DNA of 62,706 bases, counting the filler, from Chiloscyllium plagiosum (Eukaryota): the NCBI RefSeq assembly GCF_004010195.1. It is 4 parts of one record of this genome, joined end to end, with 100 filler letters (N's around TTAATTAATTAA, not from the genome) between each part and the next. Parts side by side here need not be neighbours in the genome. Positions count along the whole stretch, not along the records: positions 1 to 16,958 come from NC_057715.1; positions 17,059 to 35,566 come from NC_057715.1; 2 more parts are not named here. The stretch is one strand, 5' to 3'. The translations under genes were made by a program, and so were the position numbers. The notes below the pieces were generated by a model, which worked only from the letters and a program-made list of their open reading frames with translations, was not told the origin of the DNA and searched no databases. Shown here piece after piece: positions 11,201 through 20,969 of the stretch. Position 1 is the first letter of the stretch; every line of letters begins with the position of its first letter.

Positions 11201-12983
11201 GGATAGTAACTGTACTGCCCTCCATCAAGATAGAGGATCAGACAGGGTTCATAAAAGGTTGCAGATTGATGGCTAATGTCAGGAGATAACATGATCCAAG
11301 TCAACACAATTGGTACAGGGATTAGTGATCTCCTTAGATGTGGAAAATGCATTTGACAGGGTCGAGTGGCCATATCTTTTTCATACTTTGAAGTGGTTTG
11401 GCCTGGGAGAGACCTTCATCAGGTGGGTGGAGGTTTTGTATAGTGACCCTCTTGCTGCAGTCCTCACCAATGGTGTGCAGTCAAGCAATTTCAATATTTG
11501 TAGGGGCAGTCGACAAGGCTGTCCCTTCTCACCACTGGTGATTGAACCGCTGGCCGAGGCAATATGCAGGGATCCCAATATAACCGCTCCAGAAGTGGGG
11601 ACAAAGTCACATAGGATTACACTGTATGCGGATGACGTTCTTATCTTCTTACCAAACCCAACAGTCTCAGTGCCACACCTGATACAATGCATCAATCTTT
11701 TTGGGGGCTTCTCGGGTTATAAGATCAACTTTGCGAAATAAGAGACACGCCCATCGGTGATCTCCCGAGAGTGCCTGATCCTGAGGGCGGATCTCGATTT
11801 CCCTTTAGATGGTCACAGGAGGCTTTCTACTTAGGTATATTTATCACTCCCGTCTGTGATTGGCTATTTAAAGCCAATTTTGCCCACTTATTCAACAGAA
11901 TCAAGCAGGACCTTCATAGATGGAAGGCGTTCCAATCTCTTGGTTAGGTCGGATAGCCCTCATTAAAGTGAACATTCTCCTCCATCTGCTGTATCCTTGC
12001 AATTCTGTATTCTGTGCAAATGCTTCCTCTGCTTTTTACTAAGCATGTATTTAGAAGACTGAAAAGCTGGTCCAGCTCCTTTATCTGGTATCACAAGCAA
12101 CCCTAATTAAATTGACTAAACTGCAGTTTCCTTACAGACCGGAAGGAGTGGGCCTCCCAGAATATCAGAAACTATCAGTTAAGCTCATTGCTTTCGTACG
12201 TGAATGATTGGGCCCAGGGGGACCCTCACCCACTTTGGTTGGACATCGAAGTATTGGACATTGAGATTTCTTCTGATATCTGGGAGGATATCTGGGAAAA
12301 TGCAAGAAGGATCTCAATTTGCAACAGGACCCACACCTTGCAATTGAAGATTCTCCACAGGGTCCATTTGTCCCCAGAACGCTTTGCTAAATTTAACGTG
12401 GGAGCTTCTCCAATGTACCCTAAATGTAAAGTGAGCATGGAAACGCTTACTCATTGTCTTTGGTCCTGCCACAGAATGCGGACATACTGGAGCGCTGTGG
12501 TAGGCGAAATAGAGAAGGTCTTGGGGGTGGGTGTCGGAAAATCCCCCGGGGCTGGTGGACTGGCGTAAGCTGGTCATGGAGCACATCCCCTTGGATTTTC
12601 TTATGAGTACAGATTTGTCCACCACATTAATAAGAGTCTTTATATAGCCATGGCAATTCCTTGTGATTAATCTGGTATCCAGAGGGGAGGAACTACGCAC
12701 ATATGAATATGTTTAAACTTATGCGCTCAATGATCGATGGCTATTGCTTTGTTTCATTGAGCTGTGTTATGGTTATTATCATTATTATTATTGTTAAGAT
12801 TTTCCTTTTTTAGCTTAGTTATTAGTTATTATTTGTTATTTGTTTATGTAATTAGTGGGTTTGTCTTTTAACTGGTTTGAATTATTTTGGTTTTGTATTA
12901 GTTGTAATATTCAAAAGAATTTGAATTTTTTTTTGAATTTGAACTTTATTTTTTAATAAAAATATAGTTAAAAGCAAAAAAAA
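8235..12983 (+). mobile_element. Decayed, 5'-truncated L1-clade non-LTR retrotransposon (ORF1 part, spacer, ORF2 APE-RT, 3' UTR, A-rich tail)
   Basis: ORF1p-like DDLENRGRRKNL, KIERAH, VLVRF, MFFQDFS; ORF2 from ATG 9343 with SWNIKG, LLQETH, VGGDFN, TRIDLF, SLDVENAFDRVEW, GSRQGCPFSP, LYADD and a C-terminal PKC...LTHCLWSC knuckle; AATAAA plus A-tract at about 12955-12983; many frameshifts and stops. Confidence 0.9.
10052..10254. mobile_element. 203-bp fold-back Penelope-terminus element inserted in L1 ORF2
   Basis: About 77-bp inverted arms 10087-10163 and 10180-10256; perfect 15-bp TSD ctagtgtatttaatg (10037-10051, 10255-10269); hammerhead core at 10166-10193. Confidence 0.85.
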
Positions 12984-12989
12984 GAATCT

Positions 12990-15250
12990 CACCCATTTTT
13001 TCTGACTCCATATATAACTTTCCTCCTTTGTCCTTGAGTGGGCCAACACTTTGCCTAGTTCCTGCTTGCTCCTTATCTTGGAATAAAAGGCTTTGGGGTT
13101 TTCCGTAACTCTGCTAGCTAAGGAATCTCATGACCCCTTTTAGCCCTCTTCATTCCTCGTTGCAGATTGGGCCTGCATTCCCGATATTTTCCAAAGCTTT
13201 CAGTCACTTAGACCTTATGTTCGCATCCTAATGGTTCCCTAATCTTGCCATTTCTATTCCTCATGTTCACAGGAACATATCTCTCCTGAACTCCAATCAA
13301 CCTCTCTTTAAAAGCCTCCCACATATCGAATGTGGATTTCCCTTCAAACAGCTGCTCCCAATCTACATTCCCAGCTCCTGCCAAACTTTGCTATAGTTGG
13401 CTTTCCCCCAGTTTAGCACTTTTCCTTCAGAACCACTCTTGTCTTTGTCCATGAATATTCTAAAACTTACAGAATTGTGATCACTATTCCCAAAGTAATC
13501 CCGGACTGAAACTTCAACCACCTGTCTGGGCTCATTTCCCAACACCAGGTCCAGTATGGCCCCTTCCCAAGTTGGTCTATTTACATACTGTTCTAGAAAC
13601 CTCTCCTGGATTATCCTTACAAATTCTGCTCCATCCAGACCTCTAACACTAAGTGAATCCCAGTCAACATTGGGAAAATTAAAATCTCCTATCACCACCA
13701 CCCCTTTTGCTCCTACAACTTTCCATAAACTGTTTACATATGTATACCTCTATCTCACATTTGCTGTTAGGAGGCTTGTAGTACAGCCCCAAAATTGTTA
13801 CCGCACCCTTCCCATTTCTGAGCTCTGCCCATGTTGCCTCACTGCTTGAGCCCTTCATAGTGCCCTCCTACAGCACAGCTGTGATATCCTCTCTGACCAA
13901 TCATGCAACTCCTCCACCCCTTTTACCTCCCTCTCTATTCCCCCCTGAAGCATCGATACCCTGGGATATTTAGTTGCCAATCATGCCCTTCCCTCAACCA
14001 AGTCTCAGTAATAGCAGTAACATCATATTCCCAAGTGGTGGCACAGTTGGTTAGCACTGCTGCCTCACAGCGCTAGAGACCCGGATTCAATTCCTGCCTC
14101 AGGCAACTGACTGTGTGGAGTTTGCACATTCTCCCCGTGTCTGTGTGGGTTTGCTCCAGTTTCCTCCCACAGTCCAAAAATGTACAGGTTAGATGAATTG
14201 GCCATGCTAAATTGCCTGTAGTGTTGGGTGAAGGGATAAATGTGGGTAGTGGGTCGGCGTGGACTTGTTGGGCCGAAAGGCCTGTTCCCACACTGGAAGT
14301 AATCTAATCTAATTTGATTTACCTACTGTATGCCTCACATTAAAACAAATGCACCTCAGACCACCAGTCTTTTTGTGTTCATTCTCTGCTTCCTGCCTAC
14401 TCTTCCCCTTTCTCACACTGACTTCATTATTTAGTTTCTTACAGACTTTAGTTACTACCTCCTTCCTGTCCACTAACATCCTCATTTGGTTCCCATCCCC
14501 TGCCACATTAGTTAAAACCCTCCCCAACACCGTTAGCAAAAGCATCCCCAAGGACATTGGTTCCAGTCTGTCCCAGGTGTAGACAAGCTAATTTGTAATA
14601 GTCCCACCTCCCCCAGAACCAGTCCCGATGTTCCAAAAATCGGAATCCCTCCCTCCTGCACCATCTCTCAAGCTAGTATTCATCCTGCTTATTCTATCAT
14701 TCCTACTCTGACTAGCATGTAGCACTGGTAGCAATCTTGAGATTACAACTTCTGAGGTCCTGCATTTTAACTTGGTTCCTAACTCCCTAAATTCTTTGTG
14801 GAGGACCTCATCCCATTTTATACCTACATCATTGGTGCCTCTATGCACCACAACAATTGGCTGTTAACCCTCCCCCTTGAGAATTTTCTGCAGTTGACCT
14901 GAGACATCCCTCCCCGTGCACCTGGGAGGCAACATACTATCTGGGAGTCTCGTTTTCGATCACAGTACTCCTATCTACTCCCCTTACAATTGAATCCCTA
15001 TGACTATAGCCCTTCCACTCTTTTTCCAGCCCTTCTGTACAGCAGAGCAGCCACGGTGCCATAAACCTGATTACTCCTGCCTTCCCCTGGTGAGCCATCT
15101 CCCCCAACAGTATCCAAAATGGTATACCTGTTTTGGAGGGAGATGACCAGAAGGGAACACCTACACTGCCTTCCTGCTCTTTCTCTACCTTTTGGTCACC
15201 CAATCCTTTTCTCCCTTAGCAATTCTAACCTGCGGTGTGACCAATTCACG
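12990..15250 (-). mobile_element. CR1 LINE 5' half: SGNH-esterase ORF1 remnant and ORF2 endonuclease
   Basis: VHRGTNDVG...VVISRLLPV (esterase), LRCICFNVR, VIGDFNFPNVDW, ILDLVL, GNSDH; interrupted by a SINE. Confidence 0.85.
14035..14313 (+). mobile_element. HE1/V-SINE
   Basis: tRNA-like head, V-domain gtgtggagtttgcacattctcccc, (aatct)n tail. Confidence 0.85.
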
Positions 15251-15265
15251 AAACGTTGGTAACAA

Positions 15266-15570
15266 CGGCATGGTGGCTCAGTGGTTAGCACTGCTGCCTC
15301 ACAGCGCCAGGGACCCGGGTTTGATTCCAGCCTTGGGTGACCGTCAGTGAGGAGTTTGTACATTCTTCCTCCCACAGTCCAAATATGTGTAGGTTAGGTC
15401 AATTGGCCATGCTAAATTGCCCCACAGGGATGTGTAGATTAGGTGCATTAGTCAGGGGTAAATGTATAATAATAGGGTAGGGGAATGCGGCTAGATGGGT
15501 GACCCTTTGAAGGGTCAGTGTGGAGTTGTTGGGCCGAAGGGTCTGTTTCCACACTGTAGGGAATCTAATT
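15266..15570 (+). mobile_element. HE1/V-SINE, older copy
   Basis: tggctcagtggttagcactgctgcctcacag head; gggccgaagggtctgtttccacactgtag tail. Confidence 0.8.
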
Positions 15571-15879
15571 CTACACTTACTGATATTGTATCTCCTGAGC
15601 ATGCTGTGTCTGACAAGACTCCAGAGACAACGGTGCCAGAACATCAGAATGAGAAACCCATGGGACATTCTATACTTTATCCTTTCATTCTTTCAAGAAT
15701 AATCTGGTCAGCAAGGTTTGTTTCAACTGAATCTCAGGGTGAAAATGTGAGTGTCAATGTGAAGGTTGTAGGTGTACGTTAGCGTGAGAATGAGTAAATG
15801 TGAAGGTGTCAGTGAGGGTGCATAAATGTGATTGAGAGTGTGTAGGTGTGAAAGTGTCAGTGTGAGTGAGGATGTATGA

Positions 15880-16612
15880 ATCATAGAGTCATTGAGGTCT
15901 ACAGCATGGAAACAGGCCCTTTGGCCCAACCTGCCCATGTGCCCAGTTTCCACAATAAACTCGTCCTATTTGCTCCTGTTGGGTCCCTATTTCTCCATGC
16001 CTATCCATCCACGTACCTGTCTGAATGTTTCTTAAATAACAACATTGTACTCACCACCTCAGGCAACCCGTTCCAGGCACTCAACACCCTCTGTGTGAAA
16101 AAAATGCCCTCTTGGATCTCTCCCCTCTCATCTTAAACCTATGCCCTCTAGTTTTAGACTCCCCTACCCTGGGGAAAGCTATTCACTATCCGCCTTATCT
16201 ATGCTTCTCATGATTTTGTAAACCTCTGTAAGGTCACCCCTCAGTCTTGTACACTTCATGGAAAAAAGCCCCAGCCTGTCCAACCTCTCCTTATAACTCC
16301 AACCTTCCAATTCAGGTAGCATCCTCGTCAATCTTTTCTGCTTCTTTCTAGTTTAATATTATCCTATTGATAGTAGGGTGACTAGAATTGCATGCAGTAC
16401 CCCAAAGGTGACCTTACCAACATCTTGTACAGCTGTAACAAAACGCCCCAACTCCTGTACTCAATGTTCTGACTGATGAAAGCAAGCATGCCAAAAGCCT
16501 TCTTCACCACCCTGTCTACCTGTGACTCCACTTTCAAGTAGCTATGAACCTGTACCCTAGATCTCCTTTTTTTCTATAACACTTCCCATGGTCCTTTCAT
16601 TGACTGTCTAAG
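15880..16612 (-). mobile_element. CR1 LINE 3' fragment
   Basis: Reverse-complement similarity to 7625-8235. Confidence 0.8.
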
Positions 16613-16617
16613 TCCTA

Positions 16618-16958
16618 ACATGCGGCGTTGTGGGCGTGTGGGTTGGTGACGTCAGTGGGGGCGGAGGTGGCTGCGGCGACCGCGGAGACAGAGTTGTTCC
16701 CCATAGCCGCAGAGGTCGCGAATCTGCCGGCGATTGTCTTCATGGTGATCGCGGAGGCGGTTGTCTGGGCGGCGATCGCGGAGGCCCTCACCTTGACCTC
16801 TTTCCACCTATCACATTTCCGACGCCCCTCCCCCAAGTCCCTCTTCCCTACCTTTTATCTTAGCCTGCTGGACAAACTTTCCCCATTCCTGAAGAAGGGC
16901 TTATGCCCGAAACGTCGATTCTCCTGCTCCTTGGATGCTGCCTGACCTGCTGCGCTTT
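16618..16958. mobile_element. Young Penelope-like element remnant: CpG-rich segment joined to a plus-strand 3' terminus with hammerhead
   Basis: Retained CpGs; pyrimidine-rich terminus followed by attcCTGAAGAagggcttatgcccGAAAcgtcgatt; truncated by a gap. Confidence 0.6.
16885..16920 (+). ncRNA. Minimal type I hammerhead ribozyme-like motif (family A, intact core)
   Basis: CUGAAGA-A, stem II GGGC/uuau/GCCC, GAAA, palindromic ACGU, predicted cleavage after GUC at 16916; stem I weak; activity untested. Confidence 0.7.
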
Positions 16959-17058
16959 NNNNNNNNNNNNNNNNNNNNNNNNNNNNNNNNNNNNNNNNNN
17001 NNTTAATTAATTAANNNNNNNNNNNNNNNNNNNNNNNNNNNNNNNNNNNNNNNNNNNN
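16959..17058. other. Assembly gap spacer N44-TTAATTAATTAA-N44
   Basis: Identical 100-base construct also at 35567-35666 and 58844-58943. Confidence 0.97.
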
Positions 17059-17613
17059 CTTAACACACCAACACACACACACACACCAAACACACCAACA
17101 CAAACACACCAACCACCATTAGCTTCTGTTTCCTGTCATTGAGCCAATTTTGAATCCAGCTCATTCCCTGAACCCTGTAGGCTTTACTCTTTCTGACCAG
17201 TCGGCCATGTGAGACCCTGTCAAATGGCTGACTTAGGTCCATGTAGAGAACATCCACTGCATTACCCTCATCAATCCAGGACCAATTTGGGCAGTAACAG
17301 ACTGGATTAAAAAAAAAATCACTGGGTGATAGGAAGCAGAGAGTAATGATCAATGGGGGAAGAATTGTAATAGAGTTCCCTAGGGGTCAGTATTGAGCCC
17401 TTGCTTTTTCTGATATTTATTAATGGTCAGGATCTTGCTGTGCAGTTGGCAATTTCCATGTTTGCAGACGACATAAAGCTTGGAAGAATTGTAATCTGTG
17501 AGGAAGACAAGGTGAAAATCCAAAAGACATTGACAAGTTGGTGGAGTGGATGGATAGGTGGTAGATGAAGGTCAATGCAAAGAAATTTGGAAGGAAGTTG
17601 AAAGTCTGTTTGT

Positions 17614-17949
17614 GGGCGGCACGGTGGCACAGTGGTTAGCACTGCTGCCTCACAGCGCCAGAGACCCGGGTTCAATTCCCGCCTCAGGCGACTGACTGTG
17701 TGGAGTTTGCACGTTCTCCCCGTGTCTGCGTGGGTTTCCTCCGGGTGCTCCGGTTTCCTCCCACAGTCCAAAGATGTGCAGGTCAGGTGAATTGGCCATG
17801 CTAAATTGCCCGTAGTGTTAGGTAAGGGGTAAATGTAGGGGTATGGGTGGGTTGCGCTTCGGCGGGGCAGTGGGGACTTGTTGGGCCGAAGGGCCTGTTT
17901 CCACACTGTAGTAATCTAATCTAATCTAATCTAATCTAATCTAATCTAA
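17614..17949 (+). mobile_element. Full-length young HE1/V-SINE
   Basis: Pol III A box tggcacagtggt and B box ggttcaattcc, intact V-domain, CR1-like 3' end and long (aatct)n tail, CpGs retained. Confidence 0.92.
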
Positions 17950-19732
17950 TATAACATAGGGGTTCAATTCTAAAGGGGGTGCAGCAAAACTCTCTCACTT
18001 TGTGGGCAAACAACTACACATTGAAACAATGGTCATGCAACCAGTCTCACACCCCTTAAACCAACTGTTCCGTCCACATCTTGAACTTCTCTCAGTTACT
18101 TCATTAAGGTCACAATCAAATCTCACGTTCCTCTATTTAACTGCACCTGCCGCTGACCTGCTAACTTCAGCATTGCTCAGTTTTCATTCCACTAATCTTA
18201 CCTGCGAGTGAGTAAATCACAGTGCCATTCTCTCCCTCATCAGCATCCTTTGCCTGTAAAGTTGTCACCAGATTTCCTGGCTGATTTCCTTCAATAACCT
18301 GTATGGACATGAAGGTGAGAAGGACCATGAGAATTCTTCAGGCTTTACTCCAGTAAGAAAACAAACTTACTGGACAAGAAGTTAGGTACATGTTGCACTC
18401 ACATGGAATGTCAGTCACTCGCAGTATTACACTCAGTCACTCGTGTAGTGTCAAAGTCACAGGTGGTACATGTAAAGACTGTGTCTTTCTATTTTTCCAT
18501 ATTTTAATTGTGGACTGAAATGGGAAGTGAACTGTTTTAAAAATCAAGGATTGTTGAATGGTTCCTGCAAGTTTTTGAAGGTAAGTTACCAACGCTTATT
18601 GGAAGACTGTTTACCCAGCTGTTAGTTCCAGCAGCGGGAGGAGAAGGCACAGATGAGCTGGAACCAAGGGTTTGTACAAATGGAAATTCATCCAGAAACA
18701 AATAGCTAATTGGTCTGTGGAGTAGTGATCAGTTATTGATGACAAAGGCCTTCTGCCTGTCAACAGCGATGTGATTAGTTCCCAGGTAGCTGTACAGCTT
18801 GGTGATTGGAACAGGATCGAGAGAAACCTTCAGACCATCATCGACTCAGGAGCTTTCTCTGTTCTCTGCAGTAAAACCCACAGTAAGCCGATAAAAACTT
18901 GTTTATTTTATTTTGAGCAGTTGCTGGAAGCTGTAACTTTGAATTGATTGAATTGAATTGATGAGGCATTTTTATAGAAGTGTAAACCAGTCATGCTGTG
19001 CCTCCAGTGGCAGCTGATTGGTGGAAGAATCCCCTCAGCAAAGCCTGTGAATGGAGATCAATCAACTGCTTTCCCAGTTACCCCTCCCCAATCCGAAAAT
19101 AAAAACAGAAATTGCTGGAGAAACTCAGAAGATTCTGGTGGCACCTATGGAGAGAAAGCACAGTTAACATTAACTGACCAGTCTGAAAAGGGTCACTGTA
19201 CTTGAGACATTAACCCTGCTTTCTTTTCATGGATGCTGTCAGACCTGCTAAGTTTCTCCAGCAATTTCTGTTTTTGTTTCCAATCTTTAATAGCAGACAT
19301 TTTTCATTTTATTGTTGTATGTTTTTCCAACTATGTGTATGCATAGAGGGTGTGGTTATAGGGTGATTAGAATTGTAACTGTAAAGTTATATGACGATGG
19401 TTCTGTTTACCTCATATCGTCATAGAGTCATAATAGTCAAACAGACCCTTCGGTCCAACTCGTCCATGCTGACCAGATATCCTAAACTATCGCATTTGTC
19501 AGCGTTTGGACCATATCTCTCTAAACCCTTCCTATTCATATACCCATCCCGATGCCTTTTAAATGTTGTAACTGTACCAGTCTCCACCACTTCCTCTGGC
19601 AGCTTGTCCCATCCCTGTAAAGTCTATTTATTAGTATTAAATAATTGTTCACAAAAGTAACAAATTTGATTCTACATTAATAATCAGATATTGTTTGTCT
19701 CTGGTCTCCCTTGTTTAAACCTCACAGTTGAG

Positions 19733-19819
19733 TATCCATCAGGCGGACTGGCCAGTTTAAGGACACTGTTTGTCTAATATCCATCAGGCGGACTGGCCAG
19801 TTTAAGGACACTGTTTGTC
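19733..19819. repeat. Perfect 42-bp direct duplication separated by TAA
   Basis: tatccatcaggcggactggccagtttaaggacactgtttgtc at 19733-19774 and 19778-19819. Confidence 0.95.
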
Positions 19820-20268
19820 GATTCTTGGCAGCTGCTTGTTGTTTACCAAGACCCAGCTGTCCAAACTCATTGGACAAACGGGATTGTCAGCTTGTGTGTG
19901 TTGGAATCTGTTTGTTTACTTTTTTTGAATTTTGCCAAGAATCAAAGAGATGAGAAAGTGTGGACACAAGCTTTTCACAAAGTTTTTCCTTCCATCCATT
20001 TGGGCTGTATCCAGTGTCTGACTGTGAACGAAGCACTGACTGTATCTGACACTCAGCTCCCTGATCTCCCAGATCAAAAGAATTCCTCACTTCCGTTCCT
20101 TCCCAAACTGGGGAATTTCACATTCCTGAACCACAGACTGTTGACCTCCTCAGCCTCTGTGCTGTGATTTGATAGTATTACAAAGATTAAAGAGGGTGAG
20201 CTGGGGTTTAGCATTGTGTCAACATGCTGAGTGAAGCTGTGACCTGGGGTAGATCCCTGTGAGCTTAC

Positions 20269-20456
20269 CTGAACAATCAGCTCCTTTCCCATCGGCACAT
20301 TGCTGAAGGTGGGTGAACTATCATTCTCATCTAAAACCATGACATAGACCGATCCAGTGACACTGCGAGGAGGAGTCCCACTATCCTGAACCAGCACAGT
20401 TACCTGGTGACTGGCCTGAAGCTCTCGGTCAAACGTAACTCTTGAGCTGATCTCCC
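20269..20456 (-). CDS. DCHS1: Dachsous-type protocadherin internal exon (188 nt, GEISSRVTFDRELQASHQVTVLVQDSGTPPRS...KELIVQ)
   Basis: Acceptor tgtttccag|GG and donor CAG|gtaagc; FDRE, QDSGxPP and DENDSSP motifs; phase 1 start continues the frame of the 1008-nt exon. Confidence 0.9.
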
Positions 20457-20708
20457 CTGGAAACAGAATGGAGAAAGAATTTGCATGAATTCACATAAAA
20501 AGCAATGAGGGTTAGATCTTACTCTGATTTCCATTAGCTAGTTCCTTAACAAGTCAAATCCTGACCATTCACACAGCCAAACGTTCCAGACTCAGTGCCG
20601 AGACAGAGAAGGGGCAGAGGAACCCCACTGACAGCACGCTTCCACACACTGTCTAACAGAGGCAGGGCCAGGCTGCACAGACAGAAACCATGGAGCTCAG
20701 TGAAAAGG

Positions 20709-20900
20709 GCAGAAAATGTGTTGCTGGAAAAGCGCAGCAGGTCAGGTAGCATCCAAGGAGTAGGAGAATCGACGTTTCGGGCATGAGCCCTTCTTCAGGA
20801 ATGATTCCTCCTGCTCCTTGGATGCTGCCTGACCAGCTGCGCTTTTCCAGCAACACATTTTCAGCTCTGATCTCCAGCATCTGCAGACCTCACTTTCTCC
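20709..20900. mobile_element. 192-bp fold-back Penelope-terminus element
   Basis: Inverted arms gaaaatgtgttgctggaaaagcgcagc.../...gctgcgcttttccagcaacacattttc; near-perfect 16-bp TSD gagctcagtgaaaagg (20693-20708) and gagctcaataaaaagg (20901-20916). Confidence 0.85.
20767..20802 (-). ncRNA. Minimal type I hammerhead ribozyme-like motif (family A, intact core) on the DCHS1 sense strand
   Basis: Reverse complement reads attcCTGAAGAaGGGCtcatGCCCGAAAcgtcgatt. Confidence 0.7.
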
Positions 20901-20969
20901 GAGCTCAATAAAAAGGAGCAAGATCAGACAAGGCAAAGGAATGGTTCGATAAGTTTTGTGAGAGTCAAT

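Noticed and set aside
8235..12983. Active L1 or domesticated L1TD1-like gene
   Set aside because: Multiple frameshifts, stops, an insertion and 5' truncation.
17003..17014. TTAATTAATTAA palindrome occurring three times
   Set aside because: Always centred in 44+44 Ns; an artificial all-frame-stop gap spacer, not biology.
17614..17690. tRNA gene
   Set aside because: This is the tRNA-derived head of a SINE, continuing into the V-domain and LINE tail.
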